Under the pieces are notes generated by a model that saw only the letters and a program-made list of their open reading frames with translations, had not been told where the DNA came from and did not search any database. From Nemertoderma westbladi (taxonomy: Eukaryota; Animalia; Xenacoelomorpha): DNA of 55,488 nucleotides. This document shows positions 21,411-33,903 of the stretch, piece after piece. The stretch lies in contig JAUCBJ010008866.1 in assembly GCA_032718475.1 (NCBI GenBank), positions 1 to 55,488 of the forward strand, written 5' to 3'. How positions within the stretch are numbered: position 1 is the stretch's first letter; the number at the start of each line of letters is the position of its first letter. The position numbers and the translations under genes were made by a program.

Positions 21411-24400
21411 TCAGAGAAATGGCTGGACTCTATTATCCAGATGAAGAAATAAAATACAAGGGATTCCATTCTGTGTAAGAGAAATGGCTGGATTCTATTA
21501 TCCAGATGAAGAAATACAAATACAAGGGATTCCATTCTGTGTCAGAGAAATGGCTGGACTCTATTATCCATATGAAGAATTACAAATACAAAGGATTCCA
21601 TTCTGTGTCAGAGAAATGGCTGGATTCTATTACCCAGCCAGATGAAGAAATACAAATACAAGGGATTCCATTCTGTGTCAGAGAAATGGCTGGATTCTAT
21701 TATCCAGATGAAGAAATACAAATACAAGGGATTCCATTCTGTGTCAGAGAAATGGCTGGACTCTATTATCCAGATTAAGAAATACAAATACAAGGTATTC
21801 CATTCTGTGTCAAAGAAATGGCTGGATTCTATTTATTATCCAGATGAAGAAATACAAATACAAGGGATTCCATTTGGTGTCAGAGAAATGGCTGGACTCT
21901 ATTATCCAGGTGAAGAAATATAAATACAAGGGATTCCATTCTGTGTCAGAGAAATGGATGAATTCTATTATCCAGATGAAGAAATACAAATACAAGTGAT
22001 TCCATTCTGTGTCAGAGAAATGGCTGGACTCTATTATCCAGATGAAGATATACAAATACTAGGGATTCCATTCTGTGTCAGAGAAATGGCTGGATTCTAT
22101 TAGTATTATCCAGATGAAGAAATAAAATTACAAGGGATTCCATTCTGTGTCAGAGAAATGGCTGGATTCTATTAGTATTATCCAGATGAAGAAATATAAA
22201 TACAAGGGATTCCATTCTGTGTCAGAGAAATGGCTGGACTCTATTATCCAGATGAAGATATACAAATACTAGGGATTCCATTCTGTGTCAGAGAAATGGC
22301 TGGATTCTATTAGTATTATCCAGATGAAGAAATAAAATTACAAGGGATTCCATTCTGTGTCAGAGAAATGGGTGGATTCTATTAGTATTATCCAGATGAA
22401 GAAATATAAATACAAGGGATTCCATTCTGTGTCAGAGAAATGGATGAATTCTATTATCCAGATGAAGAAATACAAATACAAGTGATTCCATTCTGTGTCA
22501 GAGAAATGGCTGGACTCTATTATCCAGATGAAGATATACAAATACAAGGGATTCCATTCTGTGTCAGAGAAATGGATGAATTCTATTATCCAGATGAAGA
22601 AATACAAATACAAGTGATTCCATTCTGTGTCAGAGAAATGGCTGGACTCTATTATCCAGATGAAGAAATACAAATACAAGGGATTCCATTCTGTGTCAGA
22701 GAAATGGATGAATTCTATTATCCAGATGAAGAAATACAAATACAAGTGATTCCATTCTGTGTCAGAGAAATGGATGAATTCTATTATCCAGATGAAGAAA
22801 TACAAATACAAGTGATTCCATTCTGTGTCAGAGAAATGGCTGGACTCTATTATCCAGATGAAGATATACAAATACTAGGGATTCCATTCTGTGTCAGAGA
22901 AATGGCTGGATTCTATTAGTATTATCCAGATGAAGAAATAAAATTACAAGGGATTCCATTCTGTGTCAGAGAAATGGCTGGACTCTATTATCCAGATGAA
23001 GAAATACAAATACAAGGGATTCCATTCTGTGTCAGAGAAATGGCTGGACTCTATTATCCAGATGAAGAAATACAAATACAAGCGATTCCATTCTGTGTCA
23101 GAGTAATGGCTGGACTCTATTAGTATTATCCAGATGAAGAAATACAAATATAAGGGATTCCATTCTGTGTCAGAGAAATGGCTGGACTCTATTATCCAGA
23201 TGAAGAAATAAAAATACAAGGGATTCCATTATGTGTCAGAGAAATGGCTGGATTCTATTATCCAGATGAAGAAATACAAATACAAGGGATTCCATTCTGT
23301 GTCAGAGAAATGGCTGGACTCTATTATCCAGATGAAGAAATACAAATACAAGGGATTCCATTCTGTGTCAGAGAAATGGCTGGTCTCTATTATCCAGATG
23401 AAGAAATACAAATACAAGCGATTCCATTCTGTGTCAGAGAAATGGCTGGTCTCTATTATCCAGATGAAGAAATAAAAATACAAGGGATTCCATTATGTGT
23501 CAGAGAAATGGCTGGATTCTATTATCCAGATGAAGAAATACAAATACAAGGGATTCCATTCTGTGTCAGAGAAATGGCTGGACTCTATTATCCAGATGAA
23601 GAAATACAAATACAAGGGATTCCATTCTGTGTCAGAGAAATAGCTGGACTCTATTAGTATTATCCAGATGAAGAAATACAAATATAAGGGATTCCATTCT
23701 GTGTCAGAGAAATGGCTGGACTCTATTATCCAGATGAAGAAATAAAAATACAAGGGATTCCATTATGTGTCAGAGAAATGGCTGGATTCTATTATCCAGA
23801 TGAAGAAATACAAATACAAGGGATTCCATTCTGTGTCAGAGAAATGGCTGGACTCTATTATCCAGATGAAGAAATACAAATACAAGGGATTCCATTCTGT
23901 GTCAGAGAAATAGCTGGACTCTATTATCCAGATGAAGAAATACAAATACAAGGGATTCCATTCTGTGTCAGAGAAATGGCTGGACTCTATTATCCAGATG
24001 AAGAAATACAAATACAAGGGATTCCATTCTGTGTCAGAGAAATGGCTGGTCTCTATTATCCAGATGAAGAAATACAAATACAAGCGATTCCATTCTGTGT
24101 CAGAGAAATGGCTGGTCTCTAGAGTCGAAACAGAGACCTGGTTTTCTTAATACCGGTGAACCAGAGACCTACCCGGAGAATTATTTTAAAAAATACCAGA
24201 GCCAGAGATCAGAGACTTTGCTTATTTTTGTACTTACAATTTGATTACTCCCCTATAGCACAAACAGGTATATACGGACTGATAACTATTTTTCTATGGT
24301 TCAATTACAGTAAATCCAACCCATTTCAACCCTTACCCATTGTAAGAAAATAAGCGCACGTACAGTTTGGGGGGCTTAATTAATATTAATTTGGTTATTT

Positions 24401-25475
24401 GTTTATTAATTCGTTCTTATTTTGTTATTGTTAATAATATGTTACATTAATTTGTTTTCCGCCATAGGTATCGGTACTTTGTTAATTAAAGGCAATTATT
24501 TTACAATTGTTCAAATCATAAACATTTCAATGTACTATGAATACTTAGTGCTCTAATTATAGTATAGTACTCTACTCGCCCCATTTACAAGCCTCGTTAC
24601 GCTCGTTCTCTCCATTTGGTCGTCATATTATCTATCCTATAACAAATTGAATGGAGAACAGCCCTTTCTTTCACTTTTAAACATTATGGGTGCTCAAATT
24701 AAGCACCTTTATCCTTAAGTAAGAACAATCTTTGGTGCTAATTTAAATTAAAATTAAACGCACCTTAAATTAATTAAATAGAAGATTATCGGTACATTTA
24801 TTAGAAATATAAATAGTGTAAAAGTGAAAATATATTTGTGTTGATGTGGTGAATGTAAAATAGTTAATAATTAAAGAAATTATTAATTGTAAAAAATTTG
24901 TGAAAAATAATCTTCATTTCACATTTGTGTTGTACAGAATCTATTTTTAAATATCTATTTCTAATTTGTCAAATCACTGATCTCTGGGTAAAATGTCTGT
25001 TTTCAATACCCGGGAACCAGAGACCTATCCGGAGACCAAAAAATAGCCCGGAGAATCCAGAGATCAGTTACAAGTCTCTGTTTGAACTCTACTGGACTCT
25101 GTTATCCAGATGAAGAAATACAAAAATACAAGGGATTCCATTATGTGTCAGAGAAATGGCTGGACTCTATTATCCAGATGAAGAAATACAAATACAAGGG
25201 ATTCCATTCTGTATCAGAGAAATGGCTGGACTCTATTATCCAGATGAAGAAATACAAATACAAGGGATTCCATTCTGTGTCAGAGAAATGGCTGGATTCT
25301 ATCATCCAGATGAAGAAATACAAATACAAGGGATTCCATTCTGTGTCAGAGAAATGGCTGGACTCTATTATCCAGATGAAGAAATACAAATACAAGGGAT
25401 TCCATTCTGTGTCAGAGAAATGGCTGGACTCTATTATCCAGATGAAGAAATACAAATACAAGGGAATTCATTCTG
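21408..25475 (+). repeat. 66-bp intronic minisatellite, about 46 units (ZNF copy 2), interrupted by a MITE at 24120-25091
   Basis: Same unit as 3930-5577 in reverse complement; carries variant units and +6-bp units. Confidence 0.97.
24120..25091. mobile_element. hAT-like MITE inserted in the 66-bp array
   Basis: TIR TAGAGTCGAAACAGAGAC / GTCTCTGTTTGAACTCTA; 8-bp TSD ctggtctc / ctggactc. Confidence 0.8.
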
Positions 25476-25806
25476 CGTCGCACAAGTTATTGTGATTACA
25501 TATCTGAATGGTTCTCTTATAAATAGGTCCTAACTATTGCGTCTATCACTTTAAAATATTCCGTTTTTCCGAGACACTCCATAGTCACATTAATCAGTGC
25601 TGCAATATTTTATAAGACCCCTTGAACTTTTCTACCAAAGTCTCAACATTTGGTCGATTTCATGATCAAACCTTACATGTATTATAATGTACAATGTCGA
25701 ATCGAAAAAACTACATTAACATTAATTGTCTTGTATTAATTACCGTCTACTGGGGTGAAGTGGGAAATATTTATAAAAATTTTGTACAAAATTCCATTTT
25801 ACTTAA

Positions 25807-27199
25807 CCCTTTCACTACTATGGCATAACAGTTAGGTCACACCTACTGTACTATGGCCTAGGTGTTATGCCACGAAGTACTAGGAGCTCTATGGCCACAT
25901 AAACATGTCAGTCTGATAGCTGACACACCCATTACATGTTCAGTACTCTTCCTCATAACAAAATTAAGTGGTAATTTCAAATTTTAATTGGTTGTTTTGG
26001 TTTTTGGTAGGGCTGTAGAGCAGTAAGTATAATGGAATATAAAGGCCTGCTGGTACTGGTAATAAAATGTCTGTCAGTCTGTCTGTCAAAAAATAAGGAA
26101 GCATATTATGTAATAAAAACATTCGCCATGGGGGTTTTCCAGGTAGCTGATCTCATTTCTGATGTCAGTTTTTACGACTGACCAACTCTAGGCTGTCTGT
26201 GTCTGTATGTATGTCTGTATGTCTGTTTGTCTGTCAGTCAAAAAATACGGAAGCATATTATGTAATGAAAACATTCGCCATGGGGGTTTTCCAGGTCTCT
26301 GATTTCATTTCTGATGTCAGTTTTTACGACTGACCAACTCTAGGCTGTCTGTGTCTGTATGTATGTCTGTATATGTCTGTTTGTCTGTCAGTCAAAAAAT
26401 ACGGAAGCATATTATGTAATTAAAACATTCGCCATGGGGGTTTTCCAGGTCTCTGATTTCATTTCTGATGTCAGTTTTTACGACTGACCAACTCTAGGCT
26501 GTCTGTGTCTGTATGTATGTCTGTATATCTGTTTGTCTGTCTGTCAGTCTGTCTGTCAAAAAATAAGTGGGGGTTTTCCAGGTCTCTGATTTCATTTCTG
26601 ATGTCAGTTTTCACGCCTGGCTCGACTCACGACACACTGTGTGACATAATATGCTTCCTTATTTTTTGACAGACAGACTGATAGACAAACAGACATCCAT
26701 ACAGACACAGACAGCCTAGAGTTGGTCAGTCGTAAAAACTGACATCAGAAATGAAATCAGAGACCTAGAAAACCCCCATAGCGAATGTTTTTATTACATA
26801 ATATGCTTCCTTATTTTTTGACAAACAGACTGACAGACAAACATACATACATACAGACACAGTCAGCCTAGAGTTGGTCAGTCGTAAAAAAGGACATCAG
26901 AAATGAAATCAGAGACCTAGAAAACCCCATAGCGAATGTTTTTATTACATAATATGCTACCTTATTTTTTGACAGACAGACTGACAGACAAACAGACATA
27001 CATACAGACACAGACAGCCTAGAGTTGGTCAGTCGTAAAAACTGACATCAGAAATGAAATCACCAACCCTTAAAACCCCCAAAGCGAGAATGTTAGTAGA
27101 TTTAATTCTTTCTTAAGTCTTGACAGACAAACTGACAGAAAGACCGACAGACATCAGTACGTGGGGAACACATACAATCTTGAATCAGTAGTGAAAGGG
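25807..27199. mobile_element. Non-autonomous piggyBac-like element with internal ~150-bp repeats in fold-back arrangement
   Basis: TTAA|CCCTTTCACTACT...AGTAGTGAAAGGG|TTAA; empty TTAA site in the copy-1 intron (~3378). Repeats run direct at 26070-26630 and inverted at 26645-27080. Confidence 0.85.
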
Positions 27200-27858
27200 T
27201 TAAAATGTCTAGATAACTGACAGTCAAGGTTTTGTAATGAGAAATATGACACTCAAATACATTATATTAGGCTTGAATTTACTGCAGTTTTCCAAAATCA
27301 ATATTGTTTTTTTTGTTTTATTTTGTCCCACTTCACCCAATGAGGTGGGGTGAAGTGAAGTGGGAATATTTGAAACTATTTTATAAATGTATGAAATTTG
27401 TCTCTTTCCCAGTTTAATATTTGATTGAGGTGAAGTGAGATTTATGGGGTGTTTTTAAAAAAATGTAAGGTGACCGCATACTATTGTTACAAGTTACAAT
27501 AGTATATAATATATATACACCTATTTAGTATTTATGTACAATATATTGCAATATCATTCATATCAATGGTACAAGAAATGCTATATTTCTGCAAATTTTT
27601 AAATGCTTTACAGGTTACAATATTTCAGTCAGTATCAGTAATTAATGGTGCTTGTTTTATATTTTATGTTTTTTTAGTAATTAAAGTATCAAACCTCACA
27701 CGTATTAATTTACAATGTCGAATCGAAAATCTTATTTATTTACATATAAGAATTTAAAACTACAGTAATTAGCAAGTTCTATTGACTAATTATTGCATTA
27801 ATTACTTCAATTATTCTCGTTTCCAATATTCTCCATTTGTAATCTACTCCTTCTCTAG

Positions 27859-28520
27859 GCGACCAATCACAACCATCACCTGATGATTCGTACATGCTCG
27901 CTTCCGACGATGACGTAACACCCGGAAGTATGAATAATCCCTTCCACCAACCTGGTCCCTCTGGGATTCAACCCCAGGATATTGTGAAAAGGAGCCGCTC
28001 CAATGAGAAGCCGCTCAGCTGTGATACTTGTGATAAAGCGTTCGCATATAACAGCGACCTAATTAGACACCAACGGATCCACACCGGCGAGCGTCCATAC
28101 CAATGCGGCATCTGTAACAAACGTTTCTCTCTACTATGCAACCTAACCTCGCACAAGCGAAGCCACAGTGGGGAGAAACCATATAACTGCAATGAGTGCC
28201 AGAAACGTTTCTCTCGACTCGATAGCCTAACCTCGCACAAGCGGACGCATTCCGGAGAGCGTCCGTACGTGTGCGACACGTGCGGGAAGGGATTTACAGA
28301 GAGCGGCAATCTAACGTCCCACAAAAGAATTCACACGAAAGATCGACCGTACGTGTGCGAGACGTGCGGGAAGGAATTTACGGAGAGCAGCAATCTAACG
28401 CGCCACAAGAGATCACATACAGGGGAACGACCGTTTAGCTGCGATACATGCGGGAAATGTTTCTCCCACCGACATCATGTAACGCAACACAAATGTATCC
28501 GCAGTGGGGAGACTCGGTAA
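27859..28520 (+). CDS. Exon 2 of ZNF copy 2: six tandem C2H2 fingers (last one atypical, H-x-C)
   Basis: Acceptor ttctctAG at 27858. gc-gac-caa... is in frame with the ORF at 27894. CxxC..F.....L..H...H units with TGERPY/SGEKPY linkers. Confidence 0.92.
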
Positions 28521-28744
28521 CTGTAATGTTTGTAAGAAACGTTTCTCAACTTTCATGTATATTGGTAGACCCAATTGCTCCCTGGTTGCGGTTTAAACTA
28601 GTAAACTATATATGACGTTAGTTTTAGATTGAACTGCTATATGTCAGTCAGTACTACAACTCTTGTTATAATGATTAATAAGGTTGTCTAGGGACTGGCC
28701 TAGCGGCCCGATAAGGAGCCGATATTGTATTTCATAAAAACTGT

Positions 28745-29330
28745 CAATTGGTTGCGGTTACCAAGTTACAAATCTGAGTTACTGGTTATAAATCTGTGTT
28801 ACTGGTTACAAATCTGAGATTCCTGTAACAATTTAGTGTTCTTGGTTACAAATCGAAGCACCTTGGTACGAATCTGTTCTCACAATTATGATAATGATCA
28901 ATGAAATGAAATGAAATTGGAGTACCTTGTTACAAATCTTAGTTTATGGTTGTGAATCTGACTTTCTGGTTTCGAATCTGAGTTATCATTTATTAATCTG
29001 AGAACCTGGTTACGAATTGGAGTTCCCAGTTACAAATCTCGGTACCTGGTTACAAATCTGTGTTCCCACGTAAAGTCAGTGTTTGGTTACAATTACAAAG
29101 ATGAGCACCCAGTTACGAATTTATGTCTCTGGTTATGATTTGTAGTTACTGGTTACAGATCAGAGCACCCATTTTTAAATCTGAGTTCCAGGTAATAAAT
29201 TCAACTGCCCAGTTACAAATCTAAGTTGTCAAAAACAAATCCAAGAACCCAGTAACAAATGCCATGAGAATATCAAAATATCCAGTTACGAATTCAAGTA
29301 CTCAATTACAAATCTGAGTGTCAGTTACCT
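28745..29330. repeat. Degenerate ~21-bp repeat tract 3' of the ZNF gene (duplicated at ~40330-40878)
   Basis: Recurrent ctggttacaaatctgag-like units. Confidence 0.75.
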
Positions 29331-29801
29331 TTTTATCAGCCAGCACTACCCATCCCATACTAATACTGTAATTTGCACATTTTGAGCATTTATAGAAAAA
29401 ATTTGGAACATGATAGTAAACAAAGTTAACAAACAATGAAAATCTGTTCCTAATAATTATTTAATTAGTTAGGCCAACATATATCCTGTCTAAATCAAAA
29501 TAATAATACCGAAATAAACCGTGATGCATTTTACTCCACCGTCAATTAATTTAAACAATGAAAAGGAACAAGACAATCATTTTTAATCTTCTTCTATAAT
29601 ATTTAACGTCCACATCCGCTGTACAACGAATAGGTCATTAAATTACTTTATTAGAATAAACCAAATTAAATATAAAGTTTAAAATTGAAAAAAAAATCAC
29701 TCTACGGCATAAAATTAATGTTTCAACCAAAATCACGATTGTATAACATCCCGCATAGCAGCATATCATATTCTATTCAATCATAACATAATCAATAACT
29801 A

Positions 29802-29959
29802 TGGGGCGAGCCACGAAGTGAATGAACCTTACAGTATATGGGAGCAGAGAGAGGGACAAATTGACATTGTCCCTCTCTCTGCCTGGATCAAATTTCGATC
29901 GTCAATATCTCATTAACAGCTCGTGGAAATTCGGACTCATTACTACGTGGCTCGCCCCA
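29802..29959. mobile_element. Tiny MITE-like inverted-repeat unit with internal hairpin (duplicated at 41350-41507)
   Basis: TGGGGCGAGCCACG / CGTGGCTCGCCCCA ends; perfect 16-bp stem at 29844-29882. Confidence 0.55.
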
Positions 29960-30481
29960 ATATGGGAGTCCTTGTGTATACACCAATATACTTTCAGTAT
30001 CACGGGGCAGACAACAGTCAGACAGTTTGGGACACTGTAGGTTGTACGTTGTGTACTGTACCACAGTACAGTGCCGCCTAGCTAACAGCAGCACTGCTTA
30101 ACGGTTATAATAACAATTTACAAATACAATATGATTGCAGCCCGTTAGTTGTATTTTCCGACTCATCATATTACCTCATGGCGCATTGTGTAGGATACTG
30201 CTACTGAGTTCAGCAGTTGAACCGCGGGAAGTTTCCCCATCCACCGCGCGGTACCACGCGACCTAGCTGCTATGCTGCTACTACGAGTAAGCCTACTGCC
30301 TACTGCTACTACCGCACAGGACGATGTCCACACGCGGTCAAACACATCGCCTAGACGATACTGGTACACTTTCCGACAACGAGAAATCGGGAAGCACAGA
30401 ACCCGCTATCCAGAGCGACCTGGAACAAGTCCGCCTCCAGATGAAGCAGCAGCAGCTGGGCGGAAGCTGCTCAATGCGAGG

Positions 30482-31717
30482 TGTAAAAGCTTTTGCGGGA
30501 TGTAACTGGCCCCTTTTTCTCCGCAATCCAGTTTTCCCTCAAATACTCTAAAACTGCCTGGCTCAAGTGACACAACCTACTAGCTGATTGGCTGATTTGC
30601 TGTACGTGTATGGCCTCTTTGTTCTGTTCGATCAACCAATCAGAACAATGATCGACCAATCAGAGCGATTCCGCCTTGTGTTGGCTATGGGCTGCAAAGG
30701 CTAGGGTGGTTTGGCATTTAGACATTCGTGGAAGCTATAGAATCTGGAGCTCTGCCAATGAGAGCTATTTCTCTTTGTGTTGAACAACAGCTCACAGGTT
30801 TCAGTGTGTTGGTTTTCCTGATGCCAGAACATCGGCTATGGAATTATTCTGTGTTTCAGACTTTAGCCAAACATTAGAATGGCTTTGATTACCGGAACGT
30901 ATAACTGTTATCCTGTCAAACCTGCCGCAACATATCATATCAAACAAACGAGTCAAGTCATATCAAACCTGCCGGTCAAACCAATGCATGACGTGCATAC
31001 CTGGCATATCAGACTCAGTATATGCCTTTCACCGCATTATTTTACTGCTATTTACTGTCAGTTATTAATTGTATCTGTTGATGGAATATTGTTATATTTG
31101 GATAATATCGATAAATAATCATAAAACCCCATCTTCTTGATATACTGAAGGTAAGAGACCGGTTACATATAGCAATTGCGACTTATATGATATTGGTTTT
31201 GGAGTGAATCTAATGCTATTTCATAGGCACTACAGGTGTCAATTGCTGTTCTCTTTATATGTGACTAAAATTAGTGAAGGTCGGCAGATCAGTGTGCAGT
31301 ATAGTGCGGTACCGGTAGTGTGCATGATTGTGACAGATAACAAAGCATCTCCTAAAGAATGCACCTTATACGTGAATCAATAGCCATCCCGTTGTGTTTA
31401 GTGTAAGTCATAGCTCTGTTTATATATTTAGAGCGCCACGTCCTAAAGGAACTGTTAATATTTCCCGAAAGTGAATAATATTTGTCAGAGATTATATATT
31501 AACGATCAATCGAATAATACAGTAGGCCTACACCGCAATAAGGTCAGAGCTTCCGAATCCAGTCTCCTGGGTATATCCAGCGGGTGAATGGTCGCTCATA
31601 GGCTGGCTTCGGCTAATGTAGTGTATCAAATACTCGTCATAGGCTAAAGTCGATTTACAAACTAAAAGACACCTAAATTTGGCAGGTTAAACTGCTAAAG
31701 GTCTAAAAGCGCGAACA
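30482..31717 (+). repeat. 5' LTR (~1236 bp, TGT...ACA)
   Basis: Start is defined by identity with 53898. End GCGCGAACA is defined by the terminus of the related inverted LTR at 54697. Contains clustered CCAAT boxes (30585-30662) and a GAAG|GTAAGA donor-like site at 31151. Confidence 0.8.
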
Positions 31718-31994
31718 ATAACAGTTATAGTTCTTTATTGCAGTAGGCAATAAAGTTGAAAAGTACCGGTCGACCGGTAACCAGTAGGCCCAACTACCAA
31801 ACCACCCGGACCGGTACTTACACCTGTATAGGTACATCAGTATTATTCGATTTTGATAATTATATACCGGTAGGTCTTGATATTTAATCAGGGACTGCAG
31901 CCCTGGTTTTTTATTGAGATTTTACTTATTTCTGTCAGTTTTATTTATTTGTAGGTTAATATTGAGCAGAAGACGTGTAAGCCTGCTCAGATCG

Positions 31995-32580
31995 TACAGA
32001 TAATTTGTAGGCTGGACTGTTGTCTGACTGTTGTTAGGTCTGAACGGATTGCAGTGCATGTAGAGTGTATGTCCGATAAAGTGCCGGTTAGGAACGTAGG
32101 GGCATCCAGTGCTGTAAGGTAAATCCCCCCGAAAGAATAAGTCGTACTACTCGGTTAGAACGCATACTAACTAACCATTTCGGAGTCTGCATGTACTGTA
32201 GTTTATTTAGGCTTGATAGTAGTCTGCCAGCGTTTGGTCTGTACTTTGTTTGTGTAGTCTGTACAGGTACCGTAATATTTCTTATTCAGATAATTTCTAG
32301 GCTGGATTGTTGTCTGGCTGTTGTTAGGTCTGAAGAGATTGTAGTGTGTGTAGAGTGTATGTCCGATAAAGTGCCGGTTAGGAACGTCGGGGCATCCAGT
32401 GCTGTAAGGTAAATCCCCCCCGAAAGAATAAGTCATACTACTCGGTTAGAACGCATACTAACTAACCATTTCGGAGTCTGCACATACTGTAGTTTATTTA
32501 GGCTTGATAGTAGTCTGCCAGCGTTTGGTTTGTATTTTGTTTGAGTAGTCTGTACGGGTAGCGTAATATTTATTATTCAG
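31995..32580. repeat. ~290-bp tandem duplication in the BEL 5' leader (further ~120-bp repeats at 33515-33775)
   Basis: cagataattt.taggctgga.tgttgtctg...taatattt.ttattcaga occurs twice. Confidence 0.85.
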
Positions 32581-33903
32581 AGTTTATGCGATTATTCGCA
32601 ACATTCATACCCCAAGTTTATTCCTACAGTAATTGTGCTTGTTATACATACCGTTATAGTTAAATTAACCCCGGTACTACATCAGGGCTGCTTGGCGTAG
32701 GTAAAGACTGGAGATTTTGTGCTCTGGTCACTCCGGCAGATACCGTGGTTCCTTTAGCTTTTCAAGTATTGTAACTGCTTGTTATTTGTTATACAAGTAC
32801 TTGTACCTAATTTAGGGTTTAGTGTACAGTGCTTTCCGAAAGTAATTTAGTTTGTAGGCAGTATATTTGTGTTGTAAAGTGGTTAATAGGCACGTTAGCT
32901 CTGGTAGGCTGCGGTAATTAAGTTCTAGGTAGGGACACTCCGTGAAACATAATGTAGTACTTATAGCGATATGGCTATAAGTCGTCAGACGGTGGTATTT
33001 TTCCTATCTGGACAACGCAATATATTTACTACTGCTTATTATTTTCAAATACCGTAGTATCCTGTCCGTTGTAATAACCAGATATTCTAACCCTTTGTTA
33101 GGCTGGTTTGTAGACTTCTTGTAAAATTACCCTAAAAATTCGTACTTGTAATTTTTGTGTTTATTTAGAGATTGTAACCTCACCCCGAATTGTACGTAAT
33201 TTGTAGCAATAAGTAACTTAGGCAAGTAGAAATTATTTGTTTTAGTGTCCAACAAGTAGCACTTCACTGAGAGCGTACAGCTTCTGTGTAGTGACTCCTT
33301 CCCAGAAATAATAACATTTATTTCAAATATTGCAACAAAACCCATTAAACGGGTATATATATTATAAATCAACTCAAACCGATTTATAAAATAGTAGGCC
33401 TGTCATACAACAATTAGGTCTTAATATCAGTTGGACTACTGCTTAAATAACGGTAATAAAGTAAAGTAACCAAGTAACCCCTAAAATTCAGAAATTCAAT
33501 TATTCTAAAATAATTGACATACCGGTATTTACAATAGGCTTATAATATTTATTCTATAAATCTAAGCTGAAATTATATACCGGTATTCTGTAATTAATTC
33601 TAGTCTATAATTATACTTATATACTATAAGTGTGAGCTGTATACCGGTATTCACGATAGGCTTATATATATAGTTCTATATATTTGTGCTGAAATTATAT
33701 ACCGGTATTCTGTGACAAACCTAGTCTGTAATAATACTTATATATATTGTAAGTGTATACCGGTATTCTAATATATTATATATATATCATGTTACATAGA
33801 GTAACGATATCGGTAATTAATTACTAGGCTAACAGTTGATACTGAATTTCTAGACTTGCTTTAACTGTAATATAGCAGTAGGCATTCAACTGTACAAATA
33901 AAC

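Noticed and set aside
21408-24119. Array of alternative mini-exons
   Set aside because: Units contain AG acceptor-like sites but no credible GT donor consensus.
29822-31118. Small ORFs repeated at 41370-42674 and 53866-54464
   Set aside because: They recur only because the DNA is duplicated or LTR; no protein motifs are recognisable.
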